A DNA stretch of 63,455 nt, filler included, from Kipferlia bialata (GCA_003568945.1; 6 parts of 5 records of this genome joined end to end with filler, not necessarily neighbours in it), one strand, 5' to 3'. Positions 12,785 through 26,644 are shown, counted from the whole stretch's first letter. A program made the numbers and translations. The notes: generated by a model not told the origin, from the letters alone.

Positions 12785-13270
12785 TCAGAAGGATTTGTGA
12801 CTCTTAATCCCACTCAGGGCAGCACCTCTCAAAGCATCCAGCTTTTCATTCACAATACGCATCATTCCTTCCTTCACCAATATATGCCTTGCAGTTAGGG
12901 ACAATGAGGGTGCGGTGTGACTAAACAAGTAGAGGACTGTGCTGAACAGTAAACGGAGAGGGATAGATGATATTGTAATCTGAGTCAGAGGATATGGTCA
13001 GTTACCTGTCATCAAGCTCTCTCACGACAAAGGCAGCCCCAACTGCCGCAGCTTTCTCATTCTCCACCATTAGGTACTCCTTGACAGACTCTTCCATCTC
13101 TAGATACAGTCCCTCTCTTACAGACAGACCTGTAATCTGAAGGGAGTCAGTCATATCAAAAGAAAGAGTCACTGACTCAGAGTCAGTCTTGCGAATGAAA
13201 AACATCAAGGGTTTACCTGAGTCTTGACCTCCAACTTGGGTCCTTCTACTGTAGAGTGTCGCAAATAGAT
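12785..13270 (-). CDS. 3' part of a hypothetical protein (truncated by contig end)
   Basis: Exon ...GAAFVVRELDD with GTAACT donor joins via CTAACTGCAAG acceptor to RHILVKEGMMRIVNEKLDALRGAALSGIKSHKSF*. Confidence 0.35.
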
Positions 13271-13306
13271 TGGACCCGAAATAAGAGTGGACCCATTTTA
13301 ATTCCT

Positions 13307-13406
13307 NNNNNNNNNNNNNNNNNNNNNNNNNNNNNNNNNNNNNNNNNNNNTTAATTAATTAANNNNNNNNNNNNNNNNNNNNNNNNNNNNNNNNNNNNNN
13401 NNNNNN
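13307..13406. other. Artificial contig-joining spacer (N44 + TTAATTAATTAA + N44)
   Basis: Identical 100-nt structure occurs five times; the linker carries stops in all six frames. Confidence 0.97.
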
Positions 13407-13456
<50 letters not shown>

Positions 13457-13463
<7 letters not shown>

Positions 13464-16400
13464 AGGTGGGCTCTGCCATCCCATAGGTGTATATACAAGG
13501 TAGATATGCACGTAAGATCATTACCGTAGAAGACATGATTCTTGCAAATACCAATGTATATCCACGCCACTCACCGTCCAGCAGTAGAATCGAGGGTCTC
13601 CCGGTCAGTGCGATGGCCAGACTGCACCTGATGGGTCAGTGAAATATGGTATGTATATACTATATACACATACTATATACACTTGTATGATGTCAATGTA
13701 ATGGCCAGACTGCACCTGAAGGGTCAGGGGCGTATTACAATATACAAATGATGCCCCCAGACAGGGTGTATCTCTCTCTCTCCCTAGCTCTATACACATA
13801 CCCATACTACACATATAATATACTGTACCTCCGCTGCATGCCCCCAGACAGGGCCCCGATGCGGTGGTCCCTCTTCTCGGTCAGGCCTAGGGGTAAGGTC
13901 ATACACAAGGAGAGGGAGGGAGAGAGGGAGGGAGAGAGTAAAGAACCACACACTCTAGCGTACCTACGCTCTCAATGAGTGGGTCAACTGCAGCCAGTGC
14001 CTCCTGTCTAGACAGACCCCTCAGCCTCATGTAGAAGACAACCTCCTCGTGCACAGTAAGCTCGAGGTGGAGTCTAAGGGGTCAGTACGTCTGTACGTGT
14101 GAACACATACAACAGTAACAGTTCAAATACACTAGATCTATATACTGTCTCTCACCTGTCATGCTGTGGACACACTCCCAGCTGACTCAGCAGCCTGGCC
14201 TTGTCCAACCTGGTCACATCGCCACCAGCTATGTAGACAGTGCCGCTACGGTTAGTATATATAGTCGTATGTATATACATATATTATGAATGTCTGTAAG
14301 TGTGGCCTTGTCCAACCTGGTCACATCGCCACCAGCTATGTAGACAGTGCCGCTAGAGTTAATGTCTGTAGTCGTTTGTATATATATATACTATGTAGGT
14401 ATGTATAGTACTTGTCCAGCCTGGTCACATCACCCCCAGCTATGTAGACAGTGCCGCTAGGGTTAGCATGTAAAGAGTGGAATGAATACAAAGCTATGTA
14501 GACAGTGCCACTGAGGGTAAGGAAAGGTAGTTGGAATGTATGATGACACGACATAAAACTATACTAACACAATAGGTGTGTGGTCCCATCAACAGTACCA
14601 CTGAGTGTTAGTATGTATAAATATTGAATCGAAAGAGTGGTACACTGGAAACCGCAGTATACCTAGTTGGTCTGAGTGTGCCGCATATGAGGTTGATGGT
14701 GGTAGATACACATTCATATATGTATATAGATAGATATATACTCATATATATATATATATATATATACTATACCTTGTGGGTCTCAGTGTGCCGCATATCA
14801 GGTTGATGGTATATATACAGTATATATGCTTATAATACTATACTCATATAAAGATATAAGTATACATATATACCTCGTTGGCCTGAGTGTGCCGCATATC
14901 AGGTTGATGGTGGTATATATACGATATACATATGAATACACTCATATATACATGTATAGATGTTTCATATACCTAGTAGGTCTGAGTGTGCCGCATATCA
15001 GGTTGATGGTGGTATATATATATAGATAGATATATAGATATATAGATATATAGATATATATTTGTGTATATATATATGTACTATAATGTACTATATGTTA
15101 CCTAGTTGGTCTGAGTGTGCCGCATATCAGGTTGATGGTGGTAGATACACATTTATACATGTATATATATAGATATATACTCATATGTATATATATACTA
15201 ATGCATTCTACCTCGTTGGTCTGAGTGTGCCGCATATCAGGTTGATGGTGGTATATATACAGTATATATACTCATAATACTATACTCATATATAGAAATA
15301 TATATATACTATACCTAGTAGGTCTGAGTGTGCCGCATATGAGGTTGATGGTGGTGCTCTTGCCAGCACCGTTCTCTCCTGGGGTGTGAGCAAATGTATA
15401 CATACGCATATTTATATATATATAGAGAGAGAGAGACGAGTTAGAGGTCATTCGAACAAGAGCAAGGAATATCCATATATACACTTAGCATCCCGAAGCA
15501 CACGAGAAACAGACACAACACACACATATACAGGTATATAATCATTGAGAGAGAGATACCTAGCAATCCGAAGCACGTGTCCTTGTCGACAGCAAGGGAG
15601 GTACGGTGAACGGCAGTGTTGGCTGGGTCTCTACCCGTGGCCGGGAATACCTGGGTATGGGAAAGAATACAGAAAGACAGCGTGTGAATAATAGTAGAAA
15701 TATCACTCCTAGATCGAATATGAGAGAGGGCCGGGAAAACTCACGCAACACACTAAGCACTATACCTGCAACTCTATTGTATCCATTTATACCAGTTTAT
15801 ATACATATACCTTCTTGAGCTGTGTGATGACCAAGGGTGGCAGACCACTTGCCATATATATAGTACGTCATGCTTTTAGAGAGTGTACATAATATGTAGT
15901 GTATAGTACATACCTTCTTGAGCTGTGTGATGACCAGAGGTGGCAGGCCACTCTCTCCCTCTGTCTCTCCCTCTCCCCCTCCCGCTGTCCCTGTCTCCCC
16001 CTTGACCAGTGTCTGCACCCTCTCTCTCTCAAGGGCGACATCGGCATCCTCATCTACAGTTAGGGGCGTATAGATATACTTACTTATGATATATAGTATA
16101 TAGTAAACACTATGTGTCTGTATTCTCTCTCAAGGGCAACATCGGCATCCTCATCTGCAGTGAGTATAATTTGTATGAGGTATTGTCATCCCATACATGT
16201 ATACTACACAAATACCAGTACCTTCCTCGTCTCTCTGCCCATCTACCAGTAGGGCAGTGGTCTCTGTACCAGAAGACTCTCCCTACAGTGAATGATATAG
16301 ATATAGCTAGAGGTAGTAATAGTGGGAAACAAATGTTCACTACACTCTATATGTACAGCTGTGCAGTGCATATCCTCACCTCGCAGGCGTTGGCCCCGTA

Positions 16401-16654
16401 CTTCTCTCTCTCTCTCTCTCTCAATGTGTATGTATAACTCATATATAAATATAGGAACACTATGGTACATTGCATCCTCACCTCGCAGGCCTTGTTCTTG
16501 GCCTTGGCCCCGTACTTCTCTCTCTCTCTATATATATATCTATACATACAGAATGTAGCTACTAACCTCGCAGGCCTTGTTCTTGGCCTTGGCCCCGTAC
16601 TTCTCTGGGAATATGTACCCAAGGAAGAAGAGAGGGTTCAGACGGGACTAGAAT

Positions 16655-16694
<40 letters not shown>

Positions 16695-17001
16695 GAGATG
16701 TACCCGAGGAAGAAGAGGGGCTAGGGTAAGTTACATATTAATAATTTAGAAAATGACAGATATAGAGAGAGAGAAGGAAGAAGTGGGGGTTCAGACGGGA
16801 CTGGGGTAGGAAATATTGAAGCTCAAACATTGACAACACAGAAATATCAATACGCTATACAGTAGAACCCTACCTCCCCAGCCGTTGGGAGTACGTTGTC
16901 CAGATAGCTGCCTATCAGTCCATAGACCAGACCCTCAAGCACAAGCATAGCACAACCGAAGAGGAATTGTCTACCTCTGGGGGTAAGTATCGGGTATGGA
17001 C

Positions 17002-17032
<31 letters not shown>

Positions 17033-18645
17033 ACACTCCCCAAGCACGCATGCATGAAACAGTAGAAGAGAGAGTACTCTATATACATACATCAGTGTGA
17101 GTCCAGTCATATCGACAATGATGAGGGAATATAGAGCAGTCGCAGAAACTATACCATATATCACATACCTCAGTGTAAGTCCAGTCATATCGTCCATGGT
17201 GATCCTCTCTCTCCCCCTCTCTCTCTCTCTCTCTCTCTAATACTACTTATATATATACCTCAGTGTCAACCCAGTCATATCGTCCATGGTGATCCTGGAA
17301 TCCAGAGGGCCAACGGGGGTGAGGTAGGCTAAGAGTAAGGAGAGAGAGAGAGAGAGACAGAGTTACACAAGATGTTGAAGAGCAGGAAGAACGCTATATA
17401 TATATGAACAGGTAAGGAGAGAGAGAGAGAGAGAGAGAGTAGCCAGAGGGCCAATTGGCGTGAGGTAGGTGTTAGATTGGAGTGAGAAACCAACAGAGCA
17501 GAAAGACATAGTACACGTTGAGCGGGAGGAAGACACACACGCACATGTATACTGAACTAAAACATGAATGGAACACATGTAGTTGAATAACGGTTCTAGT
17601 ACTCTACGTACGTACACAGAACGCTACATATACATGAACAGAGACAGAGAGACTACATACACAGCATGTTGAAGAGCAGGAAGAAGGGCCAGACGTATAT
17701 GCAGTCAGGGACACCGAGGAGCAGGAACACATTCTGGTAGATGGGGGCCTAAGGGTTAGATATATATATATATACATAGAGAGAGAGAGAGAGAGTCTGG
17801 GACGCCGAGTAGGAGGAACACATTCTGATAAATAGGGGCCTGGCAATAAGGGGGTAGAGGGGGGGGGGGAGAGAGAGAGAGAGAGATTATGTGACACGCA
17901 GCAGCAGTAACTCTCTGCACGTGTATGGAAATGGATGAACTATACCTGGAACAGTAGGATGATGACTGAAGATATCTGTAATAGAGACTGCCAAGAAGAT
18001 TGCTGTCTTTGTCTTTTTGATAATACATATAACATCAATAATGGCCAGTAATCAATAACATCAATTCCCTAACTACACACCTGGAACAGTAGGATGATCA
18101 CTGCCAGGAAGATGGCCGTCTTAGTCTTTGTGAAGAATATACCAGCACACAATAATAGTAATCAATTCTCTCAGTGTGTACCTGAAATAGCAGGATAATC
18201 ACGGCCAGGAATATAGCCGTCTTTGTACCTCTAAATACTAGTCTCTAAAAGGATAAAATACCTGGAATAGCAGGATAATGACTGCCAGGAATATAGCTGT
18301 CTTTGTCTTTGTGAAGAATGCGGCATAGCACAGAGAGACACCGGCACAGGCTATACCCCAGGAGACACCTGGTGGTTAAAGGGTGTAGAGAGAGAGAGAG
18401 AGGGAGAGAGACACCGGCACAGGCAATGCCCCACGAGATACCTAAGGGTTAAAGGGTGTATAGGGGGAGAGAGAGAGAGAGAGAGAGAGAATGCCGCATA
18501 GCACAGGGAGACACGGCACAGGCAATGCCCCACGATACACCTATAGTCAGAAAAAGGGTGTAGAGAGAGAGAGAGAGAATGCCGCATAGCACAGAGAGAC
18601 ACCGGCACAGGCAATGCCCCAAGATACACCTAGGGATTAAAGGGT

Positions 18646-18697
<52 letters not shown>

Positions 18698-21091
18698 TAC
18701 ACACCCACAAAAGCAAAGTCACCCATATACTCATAGTATATAGGTCTAAGTACTGAGAGAGTGTCGGTATCCAACTGTGCACTCATGATGACCCAGGCCG
18801 GCATAGTATACACACATATACTTACATACGTATAGAAAATGAATATTGGCACTACTATAGTATACTATAGTATACAAGTAGATATATATATATATATATA
18901 CTCACTCAGAATGCCTATAAGTATATATATATATATGTCTTCACTCACTCATGATGACCCAGGCCAGGCCAGCATTGTCTGTGTACTCGGGCTGGGGTTA
19001 TGAGAGACAGAGAGAGAGAGAGAAAAGATACAAACTTATACCGGCATTGTCAGTGTACTCGGGCTGGTGAGTCAGACATAATGAGAGAGAAAGGTATAGA
19101 GAGAGACTTATATATAATAGAAATAGAAGAAAATATTTCATGTATACATTGAAAATTGTATACCCACCTGATTTGTGAATAGTCCGTAGAAGTACACAAA
19201 GGCATAGACCAGGACAGAAGTCTTGCATTCATATACAAATACATATACATATAGTACATGAGTATAAGTATAATAGTATGTGGAATACCCACCTGATTTG
19301 TGAACAGCCCGTAGAAGTACACAAAGGCATAGACCAGGACACTGATGGCAAAGCAGGAGATCATCCAGGAGATGTAGTAGGCCTTGAACCTGCGAGATAA
19401 GCATTTCATATTCATATTACGCGAGATATGCATAGACCAGTACACTGATGGCAAAGCAGGAGATCATCCAGGAGATGTAGTAGGCCTTAAACCTGCGAGT
19501 TAAGCTATTACTATATCGCGAAATAGGCACTGAGGCATATACGCGAAACAAGCTCTGTCAAAATGGTTCACAATGAGAGAGAGAGAGAGAGAGAGACTTA
19601 CCTCATTCCAGCCAGGAGCATGTTCTCCTTGAGCTTGTTCTCCTTCTCCTGGGGTGAAGAAGATATATATACGTATATATATATACATATAAAAATGAAC
19701 AAGCGCAATAATGATGAATGAGTGTCAAAAGAATGCTCTCCTTGAGCTTGTTCTCCTTCTCCTAGGATGCAGATATGATGATACAATGTATATATATATA
19801 TATCTATTTATTTATATATATGTATATATATATATGAAGTAATACAATAGCTTCTCCTAGGATGTTAATATGATGATAATACAATGTAAACACACAAATA
19901 TATATATACACACACACATATATAAATATATATATAATAGTAATAGAATGGCGCACAATGATGACGAATGGATGTCAAGATGATGTTCTTCTTCCTCCTG
20001 GGGTGAATGACAGACCCCTACACACAGTGTTGAATTGATACAATAATGGTGAACATTTGGGTTGTGAACAGATATGAGTCCATGCAAATAGAACACACAC
20101 CTGGATGATGCTCATCACAAACACGAACGTCATTATAAGAAATACAATACACTACAAACAGTATATATATAGTGTAATCTTTCCTTACTATGTCTAGCTA
20201 ATATCCACGAGATATATATATTAGATATATATATATATATTATGCATGTCCATGTACCTGGATGATGCTTGTGATGTGTATCACAAACACAAAGGTCAGC
20301 ACGAAGCAGAGCAGGGGGAAGGTGAGGGAGGAGATCTGGAAATGAGGGTGTTGGGAGAGAGACAAAGTGTATGTAGATTCACACTGTGAAGACATAAGCC
20401 AGTATACTGATATTACTAAATATTTTGGTACATATTGATTGTAATGAAAGAGCACAAATACTGTCCCTCTGTATCAACATGCACTCACCACTGTGTTGGT
20501 GCCCATTGGGATGGGGTAGGTCAGGATGCTGAGTATATCAATGTATATTTATATGTATATATACTAATACACATATATACTAACAATATGGATGCACTCA
20601 CCACTGTGTTGGTGCCCATGGGTATGGGGTAGGTCAGGATGCTGGGGGTGAGAGGGTGAGTGCGACAAGTATACATCTATATTCATATACACGTACTTAA
20701 TTTCTTGTGACCGTTTGACCTGCCCTTGTCCAAAAGAACCCCAAGTGTAAACAAAGAGAGAGTATATGTAAAATATATAGTATGTAGAAGTGTGTTCAAT
20801 AAGTATAAATGTACTGATATATCATACGCAGTACGTACTGTATCTCCTGGGAGGGATATGCCTTAGATCTCCCCCCCTTCTCGGCCCATGCCTCTAGGGC
20901 CAAACAAATGAGGGTGTAGACTATATTACATATATATACACATATGTATACACATATACGTACTGTATTTCCTGTGAGGGATAGGCTTTGGATCTGCCCC
21001 CCTTCTCGGCCCATGCCTCTGGGTCACCAGATACAATGAGGTCAGAGACAATGCCCTCGAAGATAAGGAGCATCTGGGTGCCCTTGAGTTA

Positions 21092-21123
<32 letters not shown>

Positions 21124-21604
21124 CAATGAGGTCAGAGACAATGCCCTCAAAGATGAGGAGCATTTGTGTACCCTAATGTAAGAGAGAGAGAGACAATGAG
21201 GTCAGGCACAATGCCCTCGAAGATGAGGAGCAACTGAGTGCCCTATGGTGAGTGCTATACAGTATCTATAGTATATATAGAGAGTATATGTGTATACATG
21301 TATATATATACTGGACAATGAGGCCAGAGACCATCCCCTGGGGTTAGAAAGAGAGAGAGCATATAGATATACATTCACTTACCACAGAGTACATACATCA
21401 ATATATAGGCATCATATATATCTATATATACATATACTCATTATTGTTGCTGTTCCCATTGTTACATCTATACATATACATATATACTCTGTGTATTATA
21501 TATATATACATATTATACCTGTATCATGATGTTGGTCTGCATGCAGTTGATGTAGCCAATGAGGTCACTCTATACAATAGTACTATCCACAGAGTACTAT
21601 ATCA

Positions 21605-21642
<38 letters not shown>

Positions 21643-24600
21643 TACCTGTATCATGATGTTGGTCTGCATGCAGTTGATGTAGCCAATGAGGTCGGCCATC
21701 TGGATGGTGTAGTCTGCAACAATAGTCTGAGATAAGGGTGTAGAGGGGGAGAGTGTGTGTATAGACATACGCCACAGTGTAGACCTATACTTATCCAGTA
21801 CCTCTGGCTTATGTGGGTATGATGCTGTCTCTGCATCATAGAGGAACATGTCTGTGCCCTCCCTCACAGTATATATACATACAAATCAATATATACATAT
21901 CCAATACTATACAATATAGACAGATTAGACAAAGGCATATCTAATACCTCTGGCTTGTGTGGATAGCTAGCTGTCTCGGCATCATAGAGGAACATGTCTG
22001 TGCCCTCACATATATGTATGATACACTGTATACTACTGTAATATCATAGCAGATATTGTACCTCAGGCTTATGTGGGTATGATGCAGTCTCTGCATCATA
22101 GAGGAACATGTCTTTGCCCTCACAAAGTATATACATACATATCTATATATACATATCCAATACTATACAATATAGACAGTATATACAAAGGCATATCTAA
22201 TACCTCTGGCTTATGTGGGTATGATGCAGTCTCTGCATCATAGAGGAACATGTCTGTGCCCTCCCTCACAATGTAGGCAGCATTGGGCATGATGTTGACA
22301 TAGGCCTATAGTTAGGGGTGTAGAGGGAGAGAGCGAGAGAGAGAGAAGGTGTGCAGCATGATGTGGCTTCTGTACTACTGTACTGTTACTATACATACCT
22401 TAGTATCCATCATGTCCTGCATCCACAGGTTGTAGTTAACATATATAGTCTCTACTTCTATATTATTGTCACACTATGTCTTACTACATTTATACCATAG
22501 TAGTGAACATATGTATAGATACACTATACCTTAGCATCCATCATGTCCTGCATCGACAGGCTGTAGTATACACACACATACTAGTACGAACATATATGAT
22601 AAATATACCCATCGTACAGTCTACTACATAGTATAATATAGATATACCTTACTGTCTACCATGTCCTGCATTGATAGGTTGTTGTTGCACCACTCCATCG
22701 TGTCATAGAGATACCAGTATTCTATACATATATACATGCCTTACTATCATATATATACACTAGTATACTATATACATATATATATGTGTGTGTCTGTACC
22801 TTACTGTCCACCATATCCTGCATTGATAGGTTGTTGTTGCACCACTCCATGGTGTCATAGAGATACTGGTCCATCTCATACTCAGAGTCAAAAGGCTCCT
22901 AGTCATTAGAATAAGGGGAGTTTCATTAGATTAGGCTATTGCATATATATATATATGTTAGATCTACAAACAGGGAGAGAGGGGGAGTTAGATCACGGTC
23001 CATTCCTATTCCTTCTTGGAAGAAGAGTGACTGTGGTAATAACTGTGGATTCTCTTCTAATCTCTCGATACATAGCTCCATACATGCTTTACATTTCCAA
23101 TACAAATAAAAAATTTGCATACCTCTACTACGTTAGGGAACCTCTCACAGTAGTACACTGGGTATGGCTGGTCCTCGTCCCAGTAGTTAGGGACGCAGTA
23201 CTCAGACAGAGTATCTATCTGACAATAAGGGTGTAGAGAGAGAGAGAGAGAGAGAGAGATAGGGAACTAGAATGATACTAGTATGGACTACACACAAGGT
23301 ATCCATCAAGTAGTGACTGCAGTATTCGCTATACTCCAGATTAGAAGAGACCATTGAGTGGTTCCACGTGCCGTGTAACCAAGCATAAATTGACCATGTA
23401 CATATGTAAATGTATACATATGTATGCTAAAAATTCACGTACCGTGTAACAAAGCAAATTCCTCCACATCCCACTGTATGTAGTGTCGTCTCCCTATAGA
23501 GAGCACATACTATGCGTATACTACATGCTATGAATACTATACGTACCGTGTATCCTAAGACGTTCCTCCACATGCCACTGTATGTGGTACCGTCTCCATA
23601 GAAGTGGTTGGTCTCATTCATGTGGATGTAGCCCCACTGCGCAGCGTCTAGGAGTTAGTGAAGAGTATACACTCCTATTTACACAACCACACACACCTAC
23701 ACCGTTACACTATAGTGTCAAAACGATATATCGCGTAATGACTCACTTGCTGGGTCCTCGAATGTCTGCACAATGGCACTGATGAAGCCATTCCTGACAT
23801 GAGGGTGTAGAGAGAGAGAGAATACAAAATGGCACTGATGAAGCCATTCCTGATATGAGGGTCTAGAGAGAGAGAGAGAGAACATAATGGCACTGATGAA
23901 GCCATTTCTGACATAAAGGTGTAGATAGAGAGAGACCTTCCATACTAGGCCTAATAATACTCCAGGTATCACAATGACAGGGGCGTGAGTGTACCATACA
24001 TATCACAAAGTATATATATACCTGTCGTACTGTCCATATACATATGAATACAAATATATATATATATTAAAGAACACGTACTGCACTCTGAACTGCCCCG
24101 GGATGACAATCACAGGGGGGTCAGGGTTAGGATCGGGATCGGGATCGGGATCAGTGACATAGGAGGATCTCTCTCTGTCTGCACCCTCAAATAGAGAAGA
24201 GTGGAAAGCCAGTATCTCGTCAAATGTGTCCTCGACCCTCTCCCTCTCCATCTTCCTCTGCCTCTCTCTCTCTCCCCTGGTGCCTGCAATGATCCTGCTC
24301 AGGATGTCTGGGGTGAGGAATACATATATATATATGCATAAATAATAGTATATATAAACACATTGGAACAATTATGACCCTGCTCAGTATGTCTGCAATG
24401 AGGCAATGAGAGAGAGAGAGGAAGAGAGAGAGAGAGAAAGATGAAAATACGCATACGTATGGGGTAAGAGACAGAGAGAGGACATTCCAGAGATGAACAT
24501 ATATTTACTATGCACACATATATATATGTATATACCGATACACATATATATATATATGTGTGTGTGTATCTACCTGTTGAGTATCCTCCATGTAGCAAGA

Positions 24601-25621
24601 GAGCTATACCTATATTAACACATATACATACCTGTTGAGTGCCCGCCATGGTCACTGTCCAGGGCATATGTCTCGGGGGACAGGCCTAGAGTGTAAGAGA
24701 GACAAATGAGATTTATAGAAACATCTAAACTATCATGCATAGAGAGTCAGATATGTACTGCATGGCATATGCCTCGGGGGACAGGCCTGAGGGTAAAGAT
24801 ATATTGGAAAAGAGAGGCTGGGAGAGAGAGAGAGAGAGATAGACATACAGATATGTGTATGTATATTGATGTAAGTGAGACACGTATATATATATATATA
24901 TATATTTACATATTATACTAAATATATTCACATACCTATGGCGTATGTAGGGTCATCTGGGTCGGGGGTTGGTCTCACAATGAGACTGGCCAGATAGGTG
25001 AGCAGGGAGCACTGACGGTGAGAAAGAGAGAGACAGAGAGACAGAGAGAGAGAGACTGACAGCTATGAACGGGAGACAGGGGGTGGGGGGGAGGGGGGGA
25101 GAGAGAAAGAAAGAAAGAGAGAAAGACTTGAAGCCTGGTATGCAGGAACAATCTAATGAATGGTTGAGAGAGAGAGAGAGAGCAAGCCACGTACGAATCC
25201 GAACAGGACCACTGGGAAGACAAACTGGCAGATCAGCACACCCTTATTCCTGAGAATGAGAGGGGGGGGGAGAGAGGGGGGGGGGGTAGCGGAGCAGAGA
25301 TGTATGGATGTTCTGTATCATACACGGATGCATTGACACATGATCCATGTAGCATTGTAGACATGAGACAAACAACAGCAATACCTCAACAACGTGTTAC
25401 CAACAGGTATATACATGAAGGGTAGGTGCAAATATACATATATACACAGCCAGTGTATTCAGTACCACTCGATCAGTGTGGGATTGACCTATCTATACCT
25501 ATCATCCTCCTACATACCCATCACATTGAAGGTGTATATATGACTGCACATACCTCAGCAGCAGCCTGACCTGCACCTCCATCAGACCATACAACTGGTT
25601 GGCACCCTTGGAGGCAGCCAT
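13457..25621 (-). CDS. ABC transporter subfamily A, N-terminal TMD plus NBD1, many short exons; 3' end cut by contig boundary
   Basis: Start MAASKGANQLYGLMEVQVRLLLR|NKGVLICQFVFPVVLFGF; EKENKLKENMLLAGM; YLDNVLP; Walker A GENGAGKSTT (15378-15315); GVCPQHD; signature LSGGMQRR; Walker B ILLLD|EPTSGL. Confidence 0.92.
14660..15252 (-). repeat. Six intronic copies of the 3' half plus donor of the ABCA Walker A exon
   Basis: ACCATCAACCTSATATGCGGCACACTSAGRCCHACDAG-GTA repeated, separated by AT-rich spacers. Confidence 0.92.
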
Positions 25622-26067
25622 CTCTCAGTCTCTCTCTCTCTCTCCTTCTTTGCTACTCTCTGTCAACACGAAGCTTCAGAGAGCTCGCGTACACACTCAC
25701 TACAACGAGAGTCTCTCTCTCCGCTCACACCGTGGTAGCGTAGCAGTCCTCTGAGATAGAGTGAGCCAAGCAGATCTTTGACACGGTATTTCACACCGAA
25801 TATAAAACCGTGACTTAACAGACATATTAAAACAGACCCTAAGTAATATTTCTGACTTTGTCTTAACACGGCACACACAAAGGCAACACGCAATCTATTA
25901 ACATACAAAGACAACACAAGAACGACAATTAAACTAATAATGTGTGGATGGGTGGGCACGGTGGGTATAACATCAAAACAAAACCGGAAACCAGAGTAAT
26001 CACAATTCCCACAGCCAAACCCTCTCTCTCCCTCTCTCTCTCTCTCCAACTACACCCTTACGGCACC

Positions 26068-26306
26068 CTAGTTACGGCTCGTGTGGATGTTCTTGTACTC
26101 TGCATCCTTGGTGTCGACCTGGGGTAAGGAATAATATATATACACTTCTTAATATATACAACAAGAGAGAGAGAGAGAGAGAGAGAAAGGTGTCTTGCAC
26201 TGTATGTATATAATATCGCACCTGGAAGTCTGCGTTTCCAAACAGAGCGGCGAAACGGTCGTCCTCGACCATGGGGACATCGCCCTGGGTGTAAATAAGG
26301 GTGTAG

Positions 26307-26351
<45 letters not shown>

Positions 26352-26605
26352 GAGTACCTCCTCCTCCTCTGCCTCTAGCTGGAATTAACTAGAGCATATA
26401 CCAAACCCTACTACAGACAATCTGTATTACTGTCTAAATATATTTATATGTATATATATGAATATGCATATATATATATACATACCTCCTCCTCTGCCTC
26501 TGGCTGGGGTGCGTTGGCGTTGATCTCGAGGTCTCTCTTGCGCCTGGGGTGAGTAGGTATATATATATATGCTGATGCTGTATTGAAACGTATGTATTTC
26601 TCTTG

Positions 26606-26644
<39 letters not shown>

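Noticed and set aside
13351..13362. Recurrent TTAATTAATTAA palindrome as a biological motif
   Set aside because: Always centred in an identical 100-nt N spacer; it is a six-frame-stop linker used to concatenate contigs.
14660..15378. CRISPR-like look (conserved ~40-nt repeats with variable spacers)
   Set aside because: The repeat is the coding 3' half of an ABCA exon plus donor, spacers are AT microsatellite of irregular length, the context is eukaryotic and no cas genes are present.
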